Shown here one piece after another: positions 1 through 8,741 of a DNA stretch of 64,000 nucleotides (positions are counted from its first letter, which is position 1; the number at the start of each line of letters is the position of its first letter). The DNA is taken from positions 81,876-145,875 of the forward strand of contig JAQBRH010000002.1 in assembly GCA_028286565.1 (NCBI GenBank), written 5' to 3'. The position numbers and the translations under genes were made by a program. This DNA comes from Parcubacteria group bacterium (GTDB lineage Bacteria; Patescibacteriota; Minisyncoccia; Phycocordibacterales; Zambryskibacteraceae). The notes below the pieces were generated by a model. It was not told the origin of the DNA. It was given only the letters and a program-made list of their open reading frames with translations, and ran no database searches.

Positions 1-159
1 ACCCCGTTCATCAAAGGAGCAAGCGTCTCGGCTACCCTGAAGAAGATCAGCCGCTACAAAACGATCGACGTTATCAAATACAAACAAAAGTCCCGATACT
101 TCAAGAAGAACGGACATCGCCAGCCATACTTTGAAGTCACGATCGATTCGATAAAATAA
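1..159 (+). CDS. 3' end of an unidentified protein-coding gene; the 5' part lies outside the window
   Basis: Open frame from the window edge ends at TAA 157-159 (…KYKQKSRYFKKNGHRQPYFEVTIDSIK*). A hairpin and A/T run follow. Confidence 0.35.
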   Translation, partial: TPFIKGASVSATLKKISRYKTIDVIKYKQKSRYFKKNGHRQPYFEVTIDSIK

Positions 160-161
160 GC

Positions 162-196
162 ATAAAAAAAGAGCCTCGGAGAAATCCGGGGCTCGT
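162..196. terminator. Hairpin (GAGCCTCGG-N6-CCGGGGCTC) flanked by an A7 run; an intrinsic terminator for the minus gene 203..493 and possibly bidirectional
   Basis: Inverted repeat at 171-194 with A-run 164-170, sitting between convergent gene ends. Confidence 0.5.
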
Positions 197-202
197 GTGC
201 GT

Positions 203-493
203 TTAGGCCACCATAGCGAGATCGAGCTTTTCGACGAGGGTGCGGCACTTGAAGAGGGTCGCTCTCCAGTTGATGTGCCAGAGCCTTCTCATTTCGCCGA
301 TCTGCTCGGCGGTCAGGCCGGGTGTCTTGGCCCATTCTGTGTAGCGCCCCTCCCTCGCTTCGTTCTCCGCCCAGACGGATTTGAGCATAGTGCTGACCTG
401 AATGTAGGTAGCCCCGTCAATTTCGCCCGTGTGGAAGAGAAGTTCGACCTCCTCGTTAAGGTTTTCGTGGTCCTTAATGATCATGCTGCTCAC
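203..493 (-). CDS. Hypothetical 96-aa protein
   Basis: ORF with SD-like AGAGG 8 nt upstream. A TTGCAT-17-TATAAT promoter (extended TG) lies at 544-572 on the minus strand. The antisense plus ORF 197..586 looks spurious by composition. Confidence 0.45.
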   Translation of the reverse strand: MSSMIIKDHENLNEEVELLFHTGEIDGATYIQVSTMLKSVWAENEAREGRYTEWAKTPGLTAEQIGEMRRLWHINWRATLFKCRTLVEKLDLAMVA

Positions 494-557
494 GCCTCTA
501 CTCTCCTAGGGGGGCAGATCTGTACATGTGCAAGCTCATCAGTATTATACCAGACTA

Positions 558-1160
558 TTATGTCCTATGCAAGAAAGCATTCTTGAGAGTGTCGGGATCA
601 GCGTATTCGAGTTCGGCCCCGGTTGAAAGTCCGCGCCCGAGGGTGGTGAAGGGGAGCCCTGTGTCTCTGAACTTCTCTTTGATGAATTCGGCGGTGTTCT
701 CGCCCTCGCTGTTCGCATTCATGGCGAGAATGATTTCTTTGATCGCATTCTTATCTCTAGTAATGCGGGATTCAAGGTCCTGCAGTCTGATCCTTTTCTC
801 CGGCTCCTTCTCAAGGATTGGGATAGAGCCTCCGAGGACAAAGTAGTAGCCCTTGAAGCTTCCGCTTCTCTCGACCGCTTCGAGGTCGATGTCTCGAGGC
901 ACGAGCATGAGCATCTCGCGGTCGCGGCTCGTGTCCGAGCAGATAGAGCATAGGGGGCCGCGGTGGCCGTTTTGAGCGAAAAATCTCTTGCAGTCCGCGC
1001 ACTGAGTGATCTCCTTTTTAATATTCTCGATGGCCCGGATGAGGTCAGATGAAAAGTTGTTGTTCCGCGAGAGCAAAAAATATACAAAACGCTTGGCCTG
1101 TCTGGGGCCAATGCCGGGGAAATGAGAAAAAATTTCTGTGAGGCGGTCTATCGAATTCAT
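558..1160 (-). CDS. recR: Recombination protein RecR
   Basis: N-terminal HhH region (LPGIGPRQAKRFVYFLL), C4 zinc finger (CADC…CSIC) and Toprim-like C-terminal region. Confidence 0.9.
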   Translation of the reverse strand: MNSIDRLTEIFSHFPGIGPRQAKRFVYFLLSRNNNFSSDLIRAIENIKKEITQCADCKRFFAQNGHRGPLCSICSDTSRDREMLMLVPRDIDLEAVERSGSFKGYYFVLGGSIPILEKEPEKRIRLQDLESRITRDKNAIKEIILAMNANSEGENTAEFIKEKFRDTGLPFTTLGRGLSTGAELEYADPDTLKNAFLHRT

Positions 1161-1163
1161 AGG

Positions 1164-2624
1164 CTAAAAGTTCGTGAACTCCTGTTCTGACTTGCCGTAG
1201 TTCGCATAGTCGATCTCCACAAAGACGCCTTTCCTGGTATGGAAATCGAGGTTCACTTCGCCGAGAGGGCCGTTTCGGTGCTTGGCGATAATGACCTGCT
1301 TTCGCTGGATCTCCTTGGTGCGTCCCGTCTCATCGCGGAGATCCTCGTTTTCCGCATGGATGAACATCACAAGGTCGGCGTCTTGTTCGATCGAGCCCGA
1401 GTCTCGGAGGTCCGACAATTTCGGCTTGCCTCCGCGCTTCTCGACTTCTCGAGAGAGCTGAGAGAGGGCGAGGACGGGGATGTCGAGTTCGCGGGCGAGG
1501 TGCTTCAATGATCGCGAGATCTCGGTCACTTGCTGAACGAGGGAGTCTGATTGCTTGGTGTTCGTCGGAGCCATGAGCTGCAAGTAGTCGACGATGAGCA
1601 TCTTCAGTCCTTTCTCGATCTTCAGTTTTCGCGCAGCCGAGCGCATTTTCAGGATGGTATTGCCCGCCTGGTCATCGATATATATAGGAGTGCGAGAAAG
1701 GTCGTCGAGGGCGTCTCGGATGCTCTTGAAGACGTCATCCCTCCATGTGCCCGCTTGGGTGCGGACTCCTTTTCGGATGATGGAGGCATCGGTGCCGGAT
1801 TGAGCGGCGACGATACGGTCGACGAGCTGGTCGGCGGACATTTCCAAAGAGAAGATGCCGACCGGGGTCTGGTGTTCGCTCGCGGTCCTGCGGGCGATGT
1901 CGAGAGCGAGGGCGGTCTTACCGACCGAAGGTCTCGCGGCAAGGATGATGAGGTCGGAGCGCTGGAATCCTCCGAGGATGTCGTCGAGAGCCTTGAATCC
2001 GGTCGGGACTCCGCGAAGTTCGTGCTCGGCGGATGAGAGCTTTTCGAATCGATCGTACGCCTCCATAAGGAGAGGCTTCAGATCCTTGAAGCGGTCGCCG
2101 GTCGAGAAGTGCTGGGTGATGTCGAAGACTTTCTTCTCCGCCTGGTCGAGGATCTCTTCGAGTTCGCCCGCCTCGTCGAATCCGAGGTGAGAGAGATGCT
2201 CGGAAGCTTCGATCAGCTGCCTCATCATGTATTTCTTCATGACGATCTCCGCATAATGCTTGACGTTCGCGGATGACGGCACCATCGAGGTCAGCTCGGA
2301 GAGGAATGTCTTGCCTCCGATGCGCTCCAAAAGCTCCTTTTCGGAAAGGCGCGAGGACATGGAGAGGAAGTCGATCGGCTGATGCTTGCCGAAAAGTTCG
2401 AGCATGGTCTCGAAGACGACGCGGTTCTTTTCAAAATAGAAAGAGGCCGGAGAAACGATGTCCATGATCTCGTAGATCGAGTCCGGACGGAGCATGACGG
2501 AGCCGAGGAGCGCCATCTCCGCCTCCAAGGATTGCGGAGGAATTCGGAGAGCTTTCTTGTCTATATCGGAGAGCGTCTTGTATGCCATAGGCACATGATA
2601 CTCCCATGACTCTATGCGGGCCAA
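1164..2624 (-). CDS. dnaB: Replicative DNA helicase DnaB
   Basis: PPQSLEAEMALLGSVML N-terminal motif; Walker A ARPSVGKT; RecA-like C-terminal domain. M1 is a TTG start; the ATG at 2588 (MAYKTL…) is an alternative start. Confidence 0.9.
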   Translation of the reverse strand: MARIESWEYHVPMAYKTLSDIDKKALRIPPQSLEAEMALLGSVMLRPDSIYEIMDIVSPASFYFEKNRVVFETMLELFGKHQPIDFLSMSSRLSEKELLERIGGKTFLSELTSMVPSSANVKHYAEIVMKKYMMRQLIEASEHLSHLGFDEAGELEEILDQAEKKVFDITQHFSTGDRFKDLKPLLMEAYDRFEKLSSAEHELRGVPTGFKALDDILGGFQRSDLIILAARPSVGKTALALDIARRTASEHQTPVGIFSLEMSADQLVDRIVAAQSGTDASIIRKGVRTQAGTWRDDVFKSIRDALDDLSRTPIYIDDQAGNTILKMRSAARKLKIEKGLKMLIVDYLQLMAPTNTKQSDSLVQQVTEISRSLKHLARELDIPVLALSQLSREVEKRGGKPKLSDLRDSGSIEQDADLVMFIHAENEDLRDETGRTKEIQRKQVIIAKHRNGPLGEVNLDFHTRKGVFVEIDYANYGKSEQEFTNF

Positions 2625-2663
2625 GTTGAAATCTTCGGGTATAAGTTGTGTACAACGAAAGGC

Positions 2664-4055
2664 CTATATTTTCTCAAGTTCCTGGCCGTTCTCGGTGTCT
2701 TTGAGGTTGTAGCCGAGAGCTTCGATCCTGACCCGGATCTCGTCCGCCTTGGAAAAGTTCTTGGCCATTCGGGCCGCTTCGCGATCTCGCAGGAGATCAT
2801 TTACCGCTCTTGATACGTGCGTTACTTCATATTCATTTTCAGATAGCTTTAATCCGAGCACTCGGTCAAAGTCGAGGAGGGTGGCATGGGCGTCGGGGTA
2901 TGAAAGACCGTCTCCGGCTGACTTGCCGAGTTTCCAGACGACAGCCAGAGCTTCGGGAGTATTGCAATCATTCTCGATCGCTTCAAGGAATTCTTGTTTG
3001 TAGGCTTTGTTCACCGATCCTTCCTTTCCGTCGGATTCCTTTTTGAACATCTGCATGAGGGTCTTCAGTCTCTTGTACGCGTTCTCCGCGGATTCGAGCG
3101 CTTCCCAAGAGAAATTCGTCGGCGTCCGATAGTGCGCTGTGAGGAGGAAATATCGATAGGCGAGGGGAGAGAAGCCTTTTTCTTCGATCGAACGCATGGT
3201 GATGAAGTTGCCTTCGGATTTGGCCATCTTGGCTTCTCCGACGTTCACGAACTCATTGTGCATCCAATAATTCGCGTACGCGCATCCGCAAGCCGCCTCG
3301 GATTGGGCGATCTCGTTGTTGTGATGAATGGGGGCGAGGTCGACGCCTCCCGTATGAATATCGAACGGCTGGCCGAGGTATTTTGTGGACATGACCGAGC
3401 ACTCGATGTGCCAGCCGGGGAAGCCTTGGCCCCACGGGGAGGGATAGCCGAGCGAGGTATTGAATTTCCAAAGCGCAAAGTCTTTCTGGTTCCGTTTTTC
3501 TTCGTTCGTGCCGATGCGTGATGCGCCGTCCCCTTGGACGATGCCTCCGAGCTTGCCGTAGTTCGGAGTTCTCGAAGTATCAAAATAGACGGCATTCGAA
3601 GTTGTGTAGGCAAAGCCTTTGCTCTCGAGTTCCTGTATGAGGCGGATGTCATCCTCGATGTGCTGTGAGGCTCGGGGCAATACATGCGGAGAGAGAAAGT
3701 TCATTTTCACCGTATCCCCGATGAACTTCTCCGTATAAAATTCGGTGAGCTCCTTCATGTTTTCGAGCGTCACCTCTTTGCCTTCTCTCTTCAATCCACG
3801 GATTATCCTGTCCTCGCCTTCGTCGTTGTCTCCTCCGATGCCCACATCAGTGATGTTCATCACCTGCTTCACTTCATATCCTTCGAATTCAAACATTCGG
3901 CGCAGAAGATCGGCCATATAAAAAGAGCGGAGGTTCCCGATATGGACATAGTCGTAGACCGTCGGGCCGCAGTGGTACATGGACACCTTGCCCTTTTCCA
4001 AGGGCTGGAAGGTCTGGAGCTCGAGGCCCAGGGTGTTATAGAGTCTAATGGCCAT
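2664..4055 (-). CDS. cysS: Cysteinyl-tRNA synthetase
   Basis: MYHCGPTVYDYVHIGNLR (HIGH region) and KMAKSEGN (KMSKS). Confidence 0.92.
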   Translation of the reverse strand: MAIRLYNTLGLELQTFQPLEKGKVSMYHCGPTVYDYVHIGNLRSFYMADLLRRMFEFEGYEVKQVMNITDVGIGGDNDEGEDRIIRGLKREGKEVTLENMKELTEFYTEKFIGDTVKMNFLSPHVLPRASQHIEDDIRLIQELESKGFAYTTSNAVYFDTSRTPNYGKLGGIVQGDGASRIGTNEEKRNQKDFALWKFNTSLGYPSPWGQGFPGWHIECSVMSTKYLGQPFDIHTGGVDLAPIHHNNEIAQSEAACGCAYANYWMHNEFVNVGEAKMAKSEGNFITMRSIEEKGFSPLAYRYFLLTAHYRTPTNFSWEALESAENAYKRLKTLMQMFKKESDGKEGSVNKAYKQEFLEAIENDCNTPEALAVVWKLGKSAGDGLSYPDAHATLLDFDRVLGLKLSENEYEVTHVSRAVNDLLRDREAARMAKNFSKADEIRVRIEALGYNLKDTENGQELEKI

Positions 4056-4827
4056 TGAGTGCGAGGTAGATAAGGGCTCCGCCGATTATGACGTCGGAGA
4101 TGAAGGTAAGGACGGTGAGGACCTTCATGGTCTCGTTTTGCTTGATGCCGAGGAGGGCGCTGTTCGTTTCCCGGAGCTCGCTCGCCCATTCGGAGAGGAC
4201 GGCCAATTTGGTCGATGCTTTGTTCGAGCGCTCGCTGAGGGCGCTTGTACCCAGGGCGAATTTCTTGCCGAAGATCTTCTCACCGCCTTTTTTGAGCGAC
4301 TCGAAGGTATCAGGATAGACTGCGGTGATCTTTTTGAAATCTGTGAGGTGCCTCGAAGCTTCGGAGAGGGCGAAGATCGCTTCCTTTTCCTTGCCGGAGA
4401 ACATTTTCTTCTCGATGTCGCGGACCCAGTGGTCGATCGATGACAGCTTGCGCTCAAAGTTCTCGAGGAGCTTGCCGAGGATGGTGAAGAACAATTCCTT
4501 CTCGCTCTCGCTGTCGTTCTCGATCTCTATCTTGTCGAATACGTCGACGTGCCCGTAATGCGCGGTGATGATGGTCGAAGCGGTGATCAGGAAGTCAACT
4601 TCGAAGGCCGCATCGCCGTCGCGTGATTCCTTGAACGAAGGGAAGTGGAGGACGAGGTAGGCGTGGTTCTCGCCGAATTCGATCTTGTGCTTGGAAGTGG
4701 GGGAGAGGAGGTCCTCGGCCGTCTCGATGGGGACTCCCGCTTCTTCGGCCGCTTGGCGCACTTCTTCTTCTGTCGGAGACTCAAGATCGATCCATGTCGC
4801 GCCCTTTGAAGATTTTTTCTTTAGCAT
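4045..4827 (-). CDS. CorA-like divalent-cation transporter homologue, truncated after its first TM helix
   Basis: WIDLESPTEEEV…AEEAGVP N-terminal signature of the CorA cytoplasmic domain. A single C-terminal TM ends ...LALNGH* with no GMN motif and no TM2. Start placed at MLKKK (ATG 4827) directly after a TATAAT box. Confidence 0.55.
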   Translation of the reverse strand: MLKKKSSKGATWIDLESPTEEEVRQAAEEAGVPIETAEDLLSPTSKHKIEFGENHAYLVLHFPSFKESRDGDAAFEVDFLITASTIITAHYGHVDVFDKIEIENDSESEKELFFTILGKLLENFERKLSSIDHWVRDIEKKMFSGKEKEAIFALSEASRHLTDFKKITAVYPDTFESLKKGGEKIFGKKFALGTSALSERSNKASTKLAVLSEWASELRETNSALLGIKQNETMKVLTVLTFISDVIIGGALIYLALNGH

Positions 4828-4882
4828 GCAAATATTATACACGCACTTGTTCTGTTGACCATTAGGGTTTGTCGGTGAGATA

Positions 4883-6118
4883 ATGGATGAAATGGACCTC
4901 AAAAAGCCCGGAGCTCAGAAATTTGTCATCGCTCTCGTGGCGGTTATTTTGTTCGGAGCCGGATACAACCTGGGCAAGTCCCGAGCGGTGGCCACTGTTC
5001 CTGTCGGTTCGGTGATGAACGTGACTGCCGGCCAGCCGACCGGAGTCGACTTCGCGCCTTTTTGGAAAGCTTGGAATGCATTGAACGACAAGTATGTGGC
5101 GACGGGCACTTCGACGAAGCCTGTAACGCAAGAGGACAAAGTGTGGGGAGCGATCGAAGGGCTGACCTCATCGCTCGGCGATCCGTACACGGTTTTCTTT
5201 CCTCCCAAGCAGGCTGAACTTTTCGCTTCCGATATTCGCGGGAACTTTGAAGGTGTGGGCATGGAAGTGGTGGCACAGGACGGAGCCTTGACTGTCATTG
5301 CTCCGATCAAGGGGAGCCCCGCAGAAAAGGCCGGCATCTTGCCTCGAGACCGAGTATTGAAGATCGATGATCATCAGACCGCCGGGCTCTCGACCGATGA
5401 AGCGGTCGATTATATCCGCGGACCGAAGGGAAGCGTGGTCACCTTTACTATTGCCCGTCCCGGCCGCAAGGAAGCCTTTGATGTCAAAGTCACTCGAGAC
5501 ACGATCGACATCCCGACGATCGATACAAAGGACCTCGGGAACGGCATCTTCAAGATCGACCTCTACAGCTTCTCCGCCACTTCGCCGAACCTTTTCCGCG
5601 GCGCTCTCAGGCAATTCGTCGAATCGGGCGATGCCAAGCTCATCCTTGATCTTCGAGGCAACCCGGGCGGCTACCTCGACGCGGCTATAGACATGGCGAG
5701 CTGGTTCCTCCCGTCGGGCAAGGTGATCGTCCGCGAAAGCTTCGGCGACGGGAAGGATGAGACGGTCTACAGGTCCAAAGGCTACAATGTCTTTAATAAT
5801 AATTTGAAATTCGCCATTCTCGTCGACCAAGGCTCGGCTTCCGCCGCAGAGATACTCGCCGGGGCGCTGTCCGAACAAGGCGTAGCCACGCTCGTCGGAG
5901 AGAAAACCTTCGGCAAGGGTTCGGTCCAGGAGCTCGTGGAGATCACTCCTACCACGTCGCTCAAGGTTACGGTCGCCAGATGGCTGACGCCAAATGGCCT
6001 TTCCATTTCTAAACAAGGCATCGTGCCTCAAGTGACTGTGTCTCGATCCGAAGCGGACCTTAAGGCCGGGCGCGACCCTCAGCTCGATAAGGCGATTGAA
6101 GTGGTAAATAAGAAATAA
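4883..6118 (+). CDS. ctpA: C-terminal processing (tail-specific) protease, S41 family, with PDZ domain
   Basis: N-terminal TM, PDZ region, LDLRGNPGGYLD and FAILVDQGSASAAEI S41 motifs. Confidence 0.85.
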   Translation: MDEMDLKKPGAQKFVIALVAVILFGAGYNLGKSRAVATVPVGSVMNVTAGQPTGVDFAPFWKAWNALNDKYVATGTSTKPVTQEDKVWGAIEGLTSSLGDPYTVFFPPKQAELFASDIRGNFEGVGMEVVAQDGALTVIAPIKGSPAEKAGILPRDRVLKIDDHQTAGLSTDEAVDYIRGPKGSVVTFTIARPGRKEAFDVKVTRDTIDIPTIDTKDLGNGIFKIDLYSFSATSPNLFRGALRQFVESGDAKLILDLRGNPGGYLDAAIDMASWFLPSGKVIVRESFGDGKDETVYRSKGYNVFNNNLKFAILVDQGSASAAEILAGALSEQGVATLVGEKTFGKGSVQELVEITPTTSLKVTVARWLTPNGLSISKQGIVPQVTVSRSEADLKAGRDPQLDKAIEVVNKK

Positions 6119-6145
6119 AAAAGCGCGACGTTTGTCGCGCGATTG
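6119..6145. terminator. Bidirectional intrinsic terminator (GCGCGAC-gttt-GTCGCGC) between convergent genes
   Basis: Perfect 7-bp stem with an A5 run upstream and T-rich sequence downstream. Confidence 0.6.
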
Positions 6146-6156
6146 ACTTTCGACAC

Positions 6157-6681
6157 TTACCCTCGTTCTATCCTATTCAGGCCGGAAACATGAACACTCC
6201 CAAGTGTTGGGAAGGCGAGTTTCGCCTCTCCTTCGAAATCTTCGAGCCATCTTGTGCTGGTCGTCAGAAGCGTAATTTTCGTAACTCCGCTTCCGAGAGC
6301 TTGGGCCCGAGTGATTCGTAGAAAGATACACGAATCACCATGGAGGTTGAAATATTCCATGTACCTGGCTAGAACCGCCTGGGCCGCTTCGTTGCGCAGC
6401 AACTGACCCGATAGATCAGCGAGGCAGGCAGCAAAGATGTCCTGAGAAGATACCTCGCTTGCCCAGTAAGCGCTGTGGGTCTCGCTCGCGGCAAAGGTCC
6501 CGTCTGTTTTGTCGCTCATCAAACTGGGAGGAGAAGGGACTTGCTGATACAGCGCGTCGATCTTACGCGCCATGCGGGTATCCTCCTCTTCGTTTTTGAG
6601 AAAAGGCAGAAGTTCGGAATAAAAAGCGAGAATCGGATTGTCCACAGTGTCTCCTAGGCAAGTATAGGCACGCCTGGCCAT
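6157..6681 (-). CDS. Hypothetical 174-aa protein
   Basis: Long ORF in host-like composition; no recognisable motifs. Confidence 0.5.
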   Translation of the reverse strand: MARRAYTCLGDTVDNPILAFYSELLPFLKNEEEDTRMARKIDALYQQVPSPPSLMSDKTDGTFAASETHSAYWASEVSSQDIFAACLADLSGQLLRNEAAQAVLARYMEYFNLHGDSCIFLRITRAQALGSGVTKITLLTTSTRWLEDFEGEAKLAFPTLGSVHVSGLNRIERG

Positions 6682-6770
6682 ATGGGTAGAACAGATGAAA
6701 AGAACAACTTCTTCATATTGCTATCTTTAATTCGCTTTGTCAAACAACCCTCATCTGCTATACTCTTCGC

Positions 6771-7214
6771 ATGAAAGTAATACTTCTAAAGGATATTAAA
6801 GGCCTCGGGCGCAGGTATGAGGAGAAGAATGTCTCGGACGGGCACGCCATTAACTTTCTCATTCCCAAGAAACTCGCCGCGCCTGCAACGGGCGCCGTGG
6901 CCGGGCAGATCAAATCCTTGAAGGAGAGCGAGCAGAAACATAAAGAAGCGGACCAGAGCAAGCTCCGCGCTCATATGCAGACCCTCGCCGGGACCGAGGT
7001 GGTGGTTATCACCAAAGCGAACGAAAAGAACCACCTCTTCGCCGCTCTCACTCCGGAAAAGCTCTCCGAAATTTTAATGAAAGAAAAAGGCATCGAACTC
7101 GACCCAGACTGCATCGAAACAGATCCGATCAAGGAACTCGGGACATTCAACATCCGGGTCCGGGTGGAAAATGAAAAAGAAACCCACTTCACGCTCATCG
7201 TAAAGACAAAATAA
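6771..7214 (+). CDS. rplI: 50S ribosomal protein L9
   Basis: MKVILLKDIKGLG…NFLIPKKLA matches the L9 N-terminal domain. TTGTCA-16-TATACT promoter sits 6 nt before the ATG. Confidence 0.9.
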   Translation: MKVILLKDIKGLGRRYEEKNVSDGHAINFLIPKKLAAPATGAVAGQIKSLKESEQKHKEADQSKLRAHMQTLAGTEVVVITKANEKNHLFAALTPEKLSEILMKEKGIELDPDCIETDPIKELGTFNIRVRVENEKETHFTLIVKTK

Positions 7215-7238
7215 AATCACCCCGATCGGGGTGATTTT
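7213..7238. terminator. Bidirectional intrinsic terminator (AAAATCACCCCGATCGGGGTGATTTT)
   Basis: Perfect palindrome with flanking A/T runs between rplI (+) and rpmA (-). Confidence 0.75.
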
Positions 7239-7240
7239 AT

Positions 7241-7525
7241 TTATGCCGCTTTGGGGACGACGTGCATCACTTTCTTCAGCTTGACCGAGTTGTCGAAATG
7301 GATCTTTCGCTTGTATGAGAGGGTGACTTCTCCGTCCAAAAGAGCAAAGAGGGTATGATCCTTGCCTATGCCGACGTTCTTACCCGGAAGGGTCTCGGTT
7401 CCGCGCTGGCGGAGGAGGATAGCTCCGGTCTTTGCGAACTGGCCGGGCGCGAGCTTAATGCCCAAATATTTTGGATTGGAATCTCGCCCGTTTTTAGTTG
7501 TTCCGGCTGACTTTTTATGTGCCAT
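7241..7525 (-). CDS. rpmA: 50S ribosomal protein L27
   Basis: [24 protein letters not shown] matches the L27 signature. Confidence 0.92.
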   Translation of the reverse strand: MAHKKSAGTTKNGRDSNPKYLGIKLAPGQFAKTGAILLRQRGTETLPGKNVGIGKDHTLFALLDGEVTLSYKRKIHFDNSVKLKKVMHVVPKAA

Positions 7526-7545
7526 GAATGTGTATAATTAGCCGT

Positions 7546-7986
7546 ATGAGTATACAAGAAGCCCCGGAAATTATCAAGTATACGGAGGACGGCCATATAG
7601 AGCGCTTTTCTTGGGCAAAACGAGCCTTTGTACCCCTCCTTATTATCCTGATAGCCGTTCTTGGGTTCGGGGTAGGGCGCCTGACCGCTCCGGCTCGCTC
7701 TTCCGGCCTCAAAGTCGAATTCGATCCATCTGTAGAGTTATCCACAGTCCAAGGACCCGCCTTGGACAATGCGGCGGCGGTCGGAGCTTCGGTACTGAAA
7801 GCGGCTACCTCTCTCGCTCCCTCTGTTCTTAAGGCGGGAGGTCAGGTTTTTGCTTCAAGCAAAGGCAAGAAGTATTACTATCCGGGCTGCAAGAATACGA
7901 TCTCCGAGAAAAATAAGGTTTTCTTTGCCACACCTGCCATGGCCGAGTCTGCGGGGTATACTATAGCGGCTAATTGCAAACCATGA
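7546..7986 (+). CDS. Hypothetical membrane-anchored protein with an Ada-Zn-like C-terminal motif
   Basis: Start MSIQEAP lies 7 nt after TGTGTATAAT. One TM (AFVPLLIILIAVLGFGVG). C-terminus is YYYPGC…KVFFATPAMAESAGYTIAANCKP. Confidence 0.5.
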   Translation: MSIQEAPEIIKYTEDGHIERFSWAKRAFVPLLIILIAVLGFGVGRLTAPARSSGLKVEFDPSVELSTVQGPALDNAAAVGASVLKAATSLAPSVLKAGGQVFASSKGKKYYYPGCKNTISEKNKVFFATPAMAESAGYTIAANCKP

Positions 7987-8573
7987 TCCTCCTCGATGTA
8001 GAGACGACCGGGACTGACCCGCTTAAGCATTCGCTTGTATCCATTGCGGCGCTTGATTTTGATGATCCGGAAGAACGGTTCTTTGAGGAATGCCGGATCT
8101 GGGAAGGGGCGGAGATAGATGAGAAGGCTCTCGAGATAAACGGCTTATCTCCAGAAGAGCTTGTGTCCGAGGAAAGGAAGACCGAAGCCGATGCGGTGCA
8201 GAATTTTATTGATTGGGTGAACGAAAGGAGAGACACGACGATCGGAGGACAGAATCCGCTCTTTGATGTCTCCTTCATCCGGAGCGCAGCCGAGAGGGCG
8301 GGGAAGACCTCGCCTCTTTTTCACCGAACGGTCGACATGCACACTCTCGCTTGGGCCCACATGCAAAAGCGCGGACTTCTCCCTCATGTGGACGAGAAGA
8401 AATACAGCGCTCTCGGCTCGGACGCCATCATGAAATACGTTGGACTTCCGCCCGAACCAAAACCTCATGTCGGATTGAACAGCCCTATTTGGGAATGTGA
8501 AGCCATCCATCGCTTGGTGTTCGGCAAGCCGAAGCTCGAAGAATTCGAAAAGTACCCAATTCCTTGGCTATAG
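7983..8573 (+). CDS. DnaQ-like 3'-5' exonuclease (DEDD family)
   Basis: Exo I motif ILLDVETTG, Exo II motif FDVSFI, Exo III H-x4-GLNSPIWE. The ATG overlaps the upstream TGA as ATGA (translational coupling). Confidence 0.75.
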   Translation: MILLDVETTGTDPLKHSLVSIAALDFDDPEERFFEECRIWEGAEIDEKALEINGLSPEELVSEERKTEADAVQNFIDWVNERRDTTIGGQNPLFDVSFIRSAAERAGKTSPLFHRTVDMHTLAWAHMQKRGLLPHVDEKKYSALGSDAIMKYVGLPPEPKPHVGLNSPIWECEAIHRLVFGKPKLEEFEKYPIPWL

Positions 8574-8741
8574 TGTTTTTAGGTGAAAATGCCGCAGCCC
8601 AAGCTCATAAAAAAATGGCTTTGCATAGCCACGGATAGGGGATTTGAGCGTCCAAAAAGCTTGACTTTTCGGTCCGGAGGTGATAAGCTACTAGGGAATC
8701 AGCACAGGGCTGATTTTTCATTTGGGGGAGTGATTCAGTCA

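Noticed and set aside
197-586. Plus-strand 129-aa ORF antisense to the 96-aa gene and the recR 3' end
   Set aside because: Gly/Ala/Pro/Leu/Arg-biased composition typical of antisense reading through GC-rich coding DNA. No promoter or SD, whereas the minus-strand ORF has both.
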